Of a stretch of 46,405 nt of DNA, positions 29,708-37,272 are shown piece after piece. The translations under genes and the position numbers were made by a program. The first letter of the stretch is position 1, and each line of letters begins with the position of its first letter. Location: NCBI GenBank assembly GCA_014729445.1, contig WJJX01000108.1, positions 1 to 46,405 on the forward strand, in the 5' to 3' direction. The notes below the pieces were generated by a model. That model was given only the letters and a program-made list of their open reading frames with translations. It was not told the origin of the DNA and did not search any database. The DNA comes from Candidatus Moraniibacteriota bacterium. Its GTDB lineage: Bacteria > Patescibacteriota > Minisyncoccia > CAIUEV01 > JAHKAQ01.

Positions 29708-31321
29708 TTAACCTTTATTGATTTTTCCTAACCTCTCTTTGAATCCTTTCTCCAGATCTTCCTTCATCTCGGCATGAAATTTGCTATCATATCCATCGAC
29801 AAAACCCAAGATAAACCCGCAAGTCTCCTCTTCCGGACAAAAGCCGGCATTAACACATTTAGGCTGAATCAAATAACTTAATTCTTTTAAACCCTTATAA
29901 TCTAAAATTTCTTTTAATTGACGAATCTCTTCTTTGGTTTGTCTAAAGATCTGCTCGTCGGCGGTTGGGCAACTTCTTAATTGATAATATCCGTCAACCA
30001 AATTATATAAATTATATTCCTGAACCATATCGATTCTAATCGCCCTTGGAATCACAAAAACGGCATCCTTTTCTTTGATTCCCAACTTCAGTAAATCATT
30101 GTAAGCCTTCATCGAAGTAAACAAAGCCCTCATATACAATTTTAATGTCTTTTCCTTAAGTCTTAATTTGGACGGAATGGCAAAGACTTTATCGATCTCA
30201 TCCAGAGCATCTTCACTCAATCTTGCTTTCTTGTTGAAATCTTTTTCATGTTTTTTAATCACCGACCAGGCTCTATCAATACAATAATAAATCGATTCCG
30301 TGGTAACGGGAGCGGTTCTATGTCTTTTTTTATCCCGCCAGACCCGCCAACTGACATTTGAAAGGGTTTTCACATTAACCGCATTCTGATAATCTCTAAC
30401 CAATTTTCTCTTTAAATCAAGCAGCTTTCTCCAGTTTTTCCTCAATTTTTCCTTCTCTAAAAACAACTCTTCTTGATATTTTTTAATTTCATTAACCCTT
30501 TCTTTGAAGCCCCGACCCAACAAAGCATCAACATTAAAAACCCTGACTTCGTCCTCTTCGGTTCCAAAATCGGCTTTAATATCGCGCACCAAATGATTTC
30601 TTTTGGGATCTTTAAACAAATTGGGATAGGGATAGGTGTTTTTAGGCGCCGCATCTCTGGTGGCAAAAAGCAAATCAATCCCCAGTCCTCTCATTTCCTT
30701 CTCGATCGCTTTTAAAAGAATGCCCCCCTCTTCAGGCATCCATTTTTTTTCCAGTTCATATTCTCTGGCAAAAGTAGCCAGACTTTCGGCCGGAAGGGTG
30801 ATTATCCCTGTTCCATAAGTTCCGTAATGCAGAATCTTTCCAGCTTCATCCTTAATCACTCCCAGCTTCAATAAATCGTTAAAAACCTTGATATTCAAAT
30901 TAGAGGCTTTTTCATAAAGTTCTTTGGCCTCAAAATTCTTAAAAATGGCGGCCGGACAAACATTATGCGCTTTACTCACTTCAGCGCGTCTGCCTGAATG
31001 CATCAAAGCAGAGCTATGGGTTATTCCGGTCAACATAGAACCAAGCATTTTACTGGCCTCAAAACTAAAACAAAAAACCGGCATTGTCGCCATCGAGGCA
31101 TGACCTCTAAGCGAAGATTTTCGAAGAATCAATTTTACCTTTTTAGTTATATCCTGATGTTTCCTTTGAGCTTCATCTATCAAATCCTCCACCGAATCTC
31201 CTTTAAAGGTTAACAAACCGGAGAAAGCGGCTATTTCCTGAGGGCTTAAATTCAAATTTCTAGTTTTATACTGCGGAATTATACCCAAAAACTTAATTTT
31301 CATATCTGTAGTATTTCTCAT
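29708..31321 (-). CDS. thyX: Flavin-dependent thymidylate synthase, tandem-domain type
   Basis: N-half RGHAS..SGRR; C-half RHRTAPVTTES (RHRx7S), LRSCPTADEQI, PKC...GFCPE. Confidence 0.8.
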   Translation of the reverse strand: MRNTTDMKIKFLGIIPQYKTRNLNLSPQEIAAFSGLLTFKGDSVEDLIDEAQRKHQDITKKVKLILRKSSLRGHASMATMPVFCFSFEASKMLGSMLTGITHSSALMHSGRRAEVSKAHNVCPAAIFKNFEAKELYEKASNLNIKVFNDLLKLGVIKDEAGKILHYGTYGTGIITLPAESLATFAREYELEKKWMPEEGGILLKAIEKEMRGLGIDLLFATRDAAPKNTYPYPNLFKDPKRNHLVRDIKADFGTEEDEVRVFNVDALLGRGFKERVNEIKKYQEELFLEKEKLRKNWRKLLDLKRKLVRDYQNAVNVKTLSNVSWRVWRDKKRHRTAPVTTESIYYCIDRAWSVIKKHEKDFNKKARLSEDALDEIDKVFAIPSKLRLKEKTLKLYMRALFTSMKAYNDLLKLGIKEKDAVFVIPRAIRIDMVQEYNLYNLVDGYYQLRSCPTADEQIFRQTKEEIRQLKEILDYKGLKELSYLIQPKCVNAGFCPEEETCGFILGFVDGYDSKFHAEMKEDLEKGFKERLGKINKG

Positions 31322-31435
31322 AACTTTTATTTTATTATTTAAAATTTAGAGTGAATTCGGTTGAATTATTGCCAAGGCAGGGGATAGCTAAAAATCTTAT
31401 TAAAAAAATCAACTACAAATTCTCTTAAACATTTG

Positions 31436-31464
31436 ATTTTATATAAAAATCAAAAATTTGTCAC
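31436..31464 (-). promoter_or_regulatory. Putative promoter of thyX, overlapped by a palindrome
   Basis: Minus strand GTGACA-17 nt-TAAAAT; TTTGATTTT-N5-AAAATCAAA at 31432-31454. Confidence 0.55.
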
Positions 31465-31537
31465 ACCGACTGACAATACCACAAACAAGGGATATCTGTT
31501 TTTTAATTTATTTTTAATTTAAAATAGAGATCTAATG

Positions 31538-32233
31538 TCAATAAGAATTTACTTCTGTCAATCCGACCGCTTCCCAAATCATCTGCGCAATCTCCTTTTT
31601 CGAAAGAATCTTTCCATTTTTCACACAATCAATCCTCTGCACCGCTCCCGATTTTACTAAATCCTCGGCGCTTTTTTTTGCATTATTCAGATGAGAGGCA
31701 CTCTCTTCATAAACGTCTTTTTTTCCACCCAGATACTGCTTTTTTTCGGTTTTATTGCCGGCCAATTTTCTCGCGATATCCAAAGAGACATCCAAATAAA
31801 TAATCAAATCCGGTTTGGGAATCTTAAACACCTCATACTCCATTTTTTCAAGCCATTTTAGATATTTTAATCTCTCTTTTTTGCCTTTTAACTTACCTCC
31901 CTGATGAATAAAATTGGAGCTAACATATCTATCCGACAAAACAATATAACCCTGCTTGATCCATTTCAAAATTTCCCCGCTTGATTCAAAACGGTCACAA
32001 GCGTAGAGAACCGACGTTACATAAGGATCCAAAGTCAAAAAATCTCCATGCTCGCCTTTTAAACATTCTCCGATTAATTTTCCAAAAAAATTATCATAAT
32101 ATCTTGGAAAATCGATTTTTTTCACCTTTCGTCCCTCTTTCTTTAATCGATCGAAAAGCATTTCGGTTTGTGTCGCCTTCCCGCTGCCGTCGATTCCTTC
32201 AATAATAACAAATTTTCCGGCTTTGTTTCGCAT
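31538..32233 (-). CDS. tmk: Thymidylate kinase
   Basis: IEGIDGSGKATQ P-loop, LSDRYVSSN, PKPDLIIYLD. Confidence 0.92.
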   Translation of the reverse strand: MRNKAGKFVIIEGIDGSGKATQTEMLFDRLKKEGRKVKKIDFPRYYDNFFGKLIGECLKGEHGDFLTLDPYVTSVLYACDRFESSGEILKWIKQGYIVLSDRYVSSNFIHQGGKLKGKKERLKYLKWLEKMEYEVFKIPKPDLIIYLDVSLDIARKLAGNKTEKKQYLGGKKDVYEESASHLNNAKKSAEDLVKSGAVQRIDCVKNGKILSKKEIAQMIWEAVGLTEVNSY

Positions 32234-32238
32234 AAATT

Positions 32239-32721
32239 CTAATTAAAAACCACCTTCATAACCTCAACCTCGCTCTGCCCGAAATAACTCCAGGCCACCT
32301 CGTCTCCATCATAATCTTTTAAATAAAGAACTCTTTTGATTTTAGAATTAATAATAGATTTGGTGCACATCGCGCAGGGCCGATAGGTTACATATAAATC
32401 GGATCCGGAAATATTAACCCCCAAAGAGGCGGCATTCGAAATCGCGTTTAATTCGGCGTGACTTCCCCGGCAGAGACCCTGATGTTTCAAAACTTTAATG
32501 CCCACCTTTTTGGCGCAGCCCACCTCAAAACAATGCTCCAATCCTTTTGGAGGACCATTATAGCCCATACCCAAAAGTTGATTTTCTCTCACCAAAACCG
32601 CTCCCACCTGATAATGCAAACAAACCGACCTGGTCTTTATCTGATCGGTTAGATTAAACCAAAACTCCTCCCATTTAGGTCTTTTGATTCCCTTTTTTAT
32701 CCTCCAAACTTTATTTTTCAT
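32239..32721 (-). CDS. dCMP deaminase (ComEB family)
   Basis: VGAVLV, GYNGPP, HAELNAI, PCAMC zinc motifs. Confidence 0.93.
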   Translation of the reverse strand: MKNKVWRIKKGIKRPKWEEFWFNLTDQIKTRSVCLHYQVGAVLVRENQLLGMGYNGPPKGLEHCFEVGCAKKVGIKVLKHQGLCRGSHAELNAISNAASLGVNISGSDLYVTYRPCAMCTKSIINSKIKRVLYLKDYDGDEVAWSYFGQSEVEVMKVVFN

Positions 32722-32792
32722 ATTTTTATTTATCGATTAAGAACTCTCCTTTGCAGGGTGCCTGTTTGAATTAATAAGCCCGTCATTCATCT

Positions 32793-34178
32793 CTACACCA
32801 ATCTTTTCACAAAATAATTCTCTTCCTGCCTGTTAATCAAATCTCTCCCGCAATAAAGAGGACCTCTCCAGCACTTTCCCTTTCTGTAGCAGGGAGGCTC
32901 AAAAAATTTAACAAGTTCCGTATCCCCCAGTCTTTCTTTAATCTCGGACCTGAGCTGACGGCTCAATTCATAGATATCCCTGGTATTATGCCAGCATAAA
33001 CGACCGGCCTGTTCATGACAAATCGAATTTAAGGAGGATTTTTTAGTATATTCAACCATAGCTCCCAAAGGCGCCAACACCGTGGCCAAAGTTTTATCCA
33101 TATTTTTATAGATAGATCTCCATTGCACCAAAATTTTTCGAGCATCTTTAGCCAAACCCAATGCCTTGGCGATAACCGATAGATAAATATCTCCGGTAAA
33201 AACCGGACGGCTTCTTCTGATAGTTCTATATCTCTGATCCTGACTCATAGTCGCAATCGGCAAATTCACCTTCACAACCAAATCCTTCAAGTTGTTATTC
33301 ATAAAAATCGGCAGATAATGAAGTTTGTCTATCTCATACATCGCGTTTTCCCGAGGGACAATAAAGGAAGCGGCATTTTTTAAAAACTTCAAATCATAAT
33401 TCATAAGTTTCAACTTAAGTTCGAAATCAACCGCTCCTTCTTTCTTTTCTTTCATTTTCGGATACCAAAAATTTTTCTTCCTTTTTTTGGCTTTAAATAA
33501 AAAACTTAAGTCAGGATATTTATTAATAACTTGAGCCGCCATGGAATCCAAAAGAAAGCGCATAACCGGATTCCAGCTTGATTCATACAAAGCGGCCAAA
33601 CTCAACAGATTAATCGAATAAACCAAATTAGTGGGAAATATAGAAGGGATAAAAATCCGCAACTGTTCCTGGGCAATTTTTTCGCTTCTATCTTCAATGA
33701 ACTGATCGCTGGCATAAGGTCTTTCTTTCTTCAATAATTCCTGAGCCATATTTTGAGCCTTGGGCAAATTTAATTGGTAAGTTTCATGGCTCTTTTTTAC
33801 ATAATCTATAACGGCTTTAATTTCCGACTTTTTCAAGGCCCAAAAACCTTTAATGTAATCCTCGATAAAATCTATATCCTCTTCATTATAAAATCTAAGC
33901 CCGAAACTGCCGCTCTTTTGATCGCTATTATAAAAAGGATTCACCAAGTGCAAACCAAAAATGACGTCTCCAATGCTTACGTTTTTGATTTGAAAATTTA
34001 AATTAAAATGAGAAAACGGCGTATGATGCCCGGTATTAAACAATTTTTCCTCAATGTCTATCTCTTTACCAGCCTCACTTTTACTGTTTCCATAACACTC
34101 TTTATAAACGTTAAAAAGCAGTTTTTGAGGATCAAGCTTTGTATGAGAAATCAATTTGATTTGGATAGTCTTTTTCAT
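32793..34178 (-). CDS. Second ThyX-like tandem-domain protein with substituted motifs
   Basis: GHHTPF, NSDQKSG, QDQRYRT, RLCW...IY, PPC...GKC..G...CG. Confidence 0.72.
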   Translation of the reverse strand: MKKTIQIKLISHTKLDPQKLLFNVYKECYGNSKSEAGKEIDIEEKLFNTGHHTPFSHFNLNFQIKNVSIGDVIFGLHLVNPFYNSDQKSGSFGLRFYNEEDIDFIEDYIKGFWALKKSEIKAVIDYVKKSHETYQLNLPKAQNMAQELLKKERPYASDQFIEDRSEKIAQEQLRIFIPSIFPTNLVYSINLLSLAALYESSWNPVMRFLLDSMAAQVINKYPDLSFLFKAKKRKKNFWYPKMKEKKEGAVDFELKLKLMNYDLKFLKNAASFIVPRENAMYEIDKLHYLPIFMNNNLKDLVVKVNLPIATMSQDQRYRTIRRSRPVFTGDIYLSVIAKALGLAKDARKILVQWRSIYKNMDKTLATVLAPLGAMVEYTKKSSLNSICHEQAGRLCWHNTRDIYELSRQLRSEIKERLGDTELVKFFEPPCYRKGKCWRGPLYCGRDLINRQEENYFVKRLV

Positions 34179-34228
34179 TTTTATTTACCGCTATTTTCAA
34201 AACCGAATCGAATTTTACTTTTGAAAAT

Positions 34229-34906
34229 CTAGTCTTTTATTTTAATACTTGGCCCCATTGTGGAAGTAAGATAGAGCCTTTTGATCATTTTCCCCTTCAC
34301 TTTTTGAGGTCTGTTTTTTTCCAGCTTTTCGATAAAATCCTTGTAATTTTCCAACAATTTCTTTTTTCCAAAGGAAAATTTGCCGAGAGCTTGATGAATA
34401 ACTCCAGTTGGGTCGTTTTTAACCGTGACCATTCCTTTTTTTAACAGTTCCACCGTATCTTTGATCTCTTTGGTTACCGTATTATTTTTGGGGCTGGGCA
34501 TTAATCCTTTTGGACCTAATATTTTGGCTATTTTAGCTAATTTAGGCATCATCGACGGATCGGCAATCACTATGTCAAAATCAAGCTTTCTCTTTTTATT
34601 TTTAATTCTTTCAATATCCGCTTCACCCAAAATCACATCCGCGCCGGAAGCTTCCGCCTCTTTGGCTTTAGTGCCTTCGGCAAAAACCGCGACTTTCACT
34701 TTTTTTCCTGTTCCATGGGGCAAATTCAAAGAAAATTTAAAATTCTGCTCCGACTTTTTAGGATCGATATTTAAGTTAACATGGACCTCTAATGTCTCAT
34801 CAAACTTAACCTTGTTCATGGCAAGTAAAAAATCGAGAGCCTGACTGACGTCTTTTATTTCTTCCAATTTAGCTTCATTGTTTCGATAACGCTTACTTCT
34901 TTTCAT
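34229..34906 (-). CDS. rplA: 50S ribosomal protein L1
   Basis: KFDETLE, LPHGTGK, LGPKGLMPSPK, STMGPSIK. Confidence 0.97.
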   Translation of the reverse strand: MKRSKRYRNNEAKLEEIKDVSQALDFLLAMNKVKFDETLEVHVNLNIDPKKSEQNFKFSLNLPHGTGKKVKVAVFAEGTKAKEAEASGADVILGEADIERIKNKKRKLDFDIVIADPSMMPKLAKIAKILGPKGLMPSPKNNTVTKEIKDTVELLKKGMVTVKNDPTGVIHQALGKFSFGKKKLLENYKDFIEKLEKNRPQKVKGKMIKRLYLTSTMGPSIKIKD

Positions 34907-34937
34907 CTTATATAATTTTTTAAGTATTATTCTGAAT

Positions 34938-35366
34938 TTATTTATTCCAATCCACGTTCACCCCCATACTTCTGGCTGTTCCTCCAATAATTTTTTTGGC
35001 CTCCTCGACGTCGTCGGCGTTTAGATCCTCCTTTTTTCGCTCGGCAATTTCAGCCAGTTGAGTGGCGGTAATGGTCCCCACTTTATCCTTTTGAGGGACT
35101 CCCGAGCCTTTTTTTAATTTCAAAGCTTTTTTGATCAATTCGGCCGCCGGAGGACTCTTTAAACTAAAATCAAAACTTCTGTCTTCATAAACGTTAATGT
35201 CCACCGGTATAACATCCCCCATCATCTCCTTTGTTTTTTCATTGAATTGAGTACAAAAATCCTGAATATTTAAACCATGCTGGCCTAACGCCGGACCGAC
35301 CGGAGGACTCGGATTGGCTTTACCGGCCGGAATCTGTAGCTTAATCACTGTTTTTAACTTTTTCAT
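34938..35366 (-). CDS. rplK: 50S ribosomal protein L11 (start moved to ATG 35366)
   Basis: [31 protein letters not shown]. Confidence 0.98.
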   Translation of the reverse strand: MKKLKTVIKLQIPAGKANPSPPVGPALGQHGLNIQDFCTQFNEKTKEMMGDVIPVDINVYEDRSFDFSLKSPPAAELIKKALKLKKGSGVPQKDKVGTITATQLAEIAERKKEDLNADDVEEAKKIIGGTARSMGVNVDWNK

Positions 35367-35461
35367 CTTATTGAATCTTAAAAAAACCAATTATTTTTAT
35401 TGCGAATCTCTATCGGTAAGAGATCGGCCAAAAACGAAAATTTTCCTTTCCGCAGAAACTG

Positions 35462-36004
35462 TTACAATTTTTTTAACTGCAAAAAATCCAAATCAACGGG
35501 AGTCTCCCGATTAAACATATTCACCAGAACTTTCACCTTGCCTCTTTCTTTATCAACAAACTGAACCTTTCCGTCAAAATCTTTAAAAGGACCGTCCACA
35601 ATTCTTACAGGATCGCCTTTAAGCAGATTAATTTCGTATTTCGGTTCCTCAACCCCCATTCTCTTCATAATATTATCCACTTCCTGCTTGCTCATTGGAA
35701 TCGGAACAGTACCGGAACCCACAAATCCGGTCACATTAGGCGTATTTCTAACCACATACCAGGAATCGTCGGTAACAATCATCTCAACCATCACATAACC
35801 GGGATAAATTCTTTCCTTGATTACCTTTCTTTTGCCGTTTTTAATCTTGATCTTTTTTTCCGTTGGAACCAAAACATTAAAAATCTTATCCTGCATATCC
35901 AGAGATTCGATCCTCTGGCGTAAATTTTTAGCTACATTATCCTCGTATCCGGAATAAGTATGTAAAACATACCACGCTTTTTCTTTTGGTAAATCCTGTT
36001 TCAT
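35462..36004 (-). CDS. nusG: Transcription termination/antitermination factor NusG
   Basis: WYVLHTYSGYE, YPGYV, VRNTPNVTGFVG, KOW GPFKDF.G. Confidence 0.98.
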   Translation of the reverse strand: MKQDLPKEKAWYVLHTYSGYEDNVAKNLRQRIESLDMQDKIFNVLVPTEKKIKIKNGKRKVIKERIYPGYVMVEMIVTDDSWYVVRNTPNVTGFVGSGTVPIPMSKQEVDNIMKRMGVEEPKYEINLLKGDPVRIVDGPFKDFDGKVQFVDKERGKVKVLVNMFNRETPVDLDFLQLKKL

Positions 36005-36180
36005 AAAACCTTACTTAATAAATAGTTAAAAGTATAGTCCAATGTACCTAAAAAAACGGCGACTCCTAAACTGATTACTATGACCATCTTAGTATATTTT
36101 GTCACCTGCTCCTTGGTCGGCCACTTAACCTTTTTCATTTCCTTTCTGGCCTCCTTTATATATTTTACCAATTTTTTCAT
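36001..36180 (-). CDS. secE: Preprotein translocase subunit SecE (59 aa, not in the ORF track)
   Basis: Manual translation MKKLVKYIKEARKEMKKVKWPTKEQVTKYTKMVIVISLGVAVFLGTLDYTFNYLLSKVL*; EMKKV.WPT motif; ATGA overlap with nusG. Confidence 0.96.
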   Translation of the reverse strand: MKKLVKYIKEARKEMKKVKWPTKEQVTKYTKMVIVISLGVAVFLGTLDYTFNYLLSKVL

Positions 36181-36285
36181 TACTATTTTTTAAAGATATA
36201 GTTAACCAATTTAATCTGATGATTCTTAATGAGGTGCCCATTATGAATTCATCCATTTACAATTTAACCATATCTCTTAATCTTT

Positions 36286-36307
36286 AAAAAGACCTCCGCG
36301 AGGTCCT
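36286..36307 (-). terminator. Intrinsic terminator-like hairpin upstream of secE
   Basis: Minus strand GACCTC-GCG-GAGGTC followed by TTTTT. Confidence 0.65.
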
Positions 36308-36324
36308 TGATTTTGTATTATGTA

Positions 36325-36353
36325 AGATTAGCCAAACAAAAACAATAAGTCAA
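36325..36353 (-). promoter_or_regulatory. Putative promoter of secE-nusG-rplK-rplA
   Basis: Minus strand TTGACT-17 nt-TAATCT. Confidence 0.6.
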
Positions 36354-36396
36354 TACCATAACAAATCCAAATCACCTGCAAAGACAATCACATACA

Positions 36397-37215
36397 TCAA
36401 CCACAAAACTCTCTAAACATTTTTGCTGCATTCTTAAAATTATCTTCTATGTAAGGCTCCCCTTTATCATTTGTCATACCAGGAAAATATATATCGCCTA
36501 CTTTTTTTAAGACTTCCATATTCGGAAACGGAGAACTCGGTTCATAATTAAAAAAAACATCTAATGTTTTCGGATTAAAAGATCTAATTTTATTAACTAC
36601 ATTATCCAGCGTATTCCCACTTACAATATCTTTATCAAATAAAATAATTCTACTTGATTCCAATTTATGTTCAAGATTATTTAAGCCGATAAATTTAACG
36701 ATCTTCCTATCATCTCCCCTCTCTACTTGAATAATTTCCGTTTTTAATCCAACCAATAAAAATACACAACCTGAAAAAATCCCCCCTTTTGCAATTGACA
36801 GACCTAAATCATAATTTTCGACAATCTCTTTAGCCAGAAGAAGCGTATCCGCTACTCTAAAAGAAGGATAGTCTTGCCTAAATCCATTATCTGTTAAACT
36901 TTTTATATACTTATTGTAGACCTTATTTTTAATCCTATCCCACATAAAAAAATATATATCAACCCTAACATGCTCTGACTCATTTTCAAAAACACCGCTA
37001 TCCAATCCCTGCATAACTACCTTTTCCATCATTTCCCAATTTTTAGCCTCTTTATAACAACTATATGCAAGAGATAAAAACCCTTCAGATAAAGCATCTT
37101 TAGCCAAAGATTCCATTTCGGGAACGTCAATTTTAGAAGAATTAGTCAAACTTTTATACTTTCTCCAATAATCTTTCTCAAAAGTATCCTCTTCTCCTTT
37201 TTGCTCAATATTCAT
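36397..37215 (-). CDS. Phosphoribosyltransferase-fold protein with helical N-terminus
   Basis: LSIAKGG and IILFDKDIVSGNTL resemble type I PRTase motifs; visibly AT-rich. Confidence 0.6.
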   Translation of the reverse strand: MNIEQKGEEDTFEKDYWRKYKSLTNSSKIDVPEMESLAKDALSEGFLSLAYSCYKEAKNWEMMEKVVMQGLDSGVFENESEHVRVDIYFFMWDRIKNKVYNKYIKSLTDNGFRQDYPSFRVADTLLLAKEIVENYDLGLSIAKGGIFSGCVFLLVGLKTEIIQVERGDDRKIVKFIGLNNLEHKLESSRIILFDKDIVSGNTLDNVVNKIRSFNPKTLDVFFNYEPSSPFPNMEVLKKVGDIYFPGMTNDKGEPYIEDNFKNAAKMFREFCG

Positions 37216-37272
37216 AGCTAGGTTCTTTAATTTTTTCTATACCAGCCATCTAATTTATAATCTAAATAATTA

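Noticed and set aside
32722..32792. Glycine-riboswitch-like words (AGGCACC, GGAGAG) before the dCMP deaminase
   Set aside because: Wrong order and too short; only a 3-bp GCAA-tetraloop stem.
35391..35461. Possible L1-binding leader of rplK
   Set aside because: A hairpin ATCTCT/AGAGAT exists, but the L1-site GGGAG/ACCAC-type motif is not evident.
36181..36396. tRNA-Trp or SRP RNA upstream of secE
   Set aside because: No T-loop or cloverleaf, and no SRP helix-8 motif.
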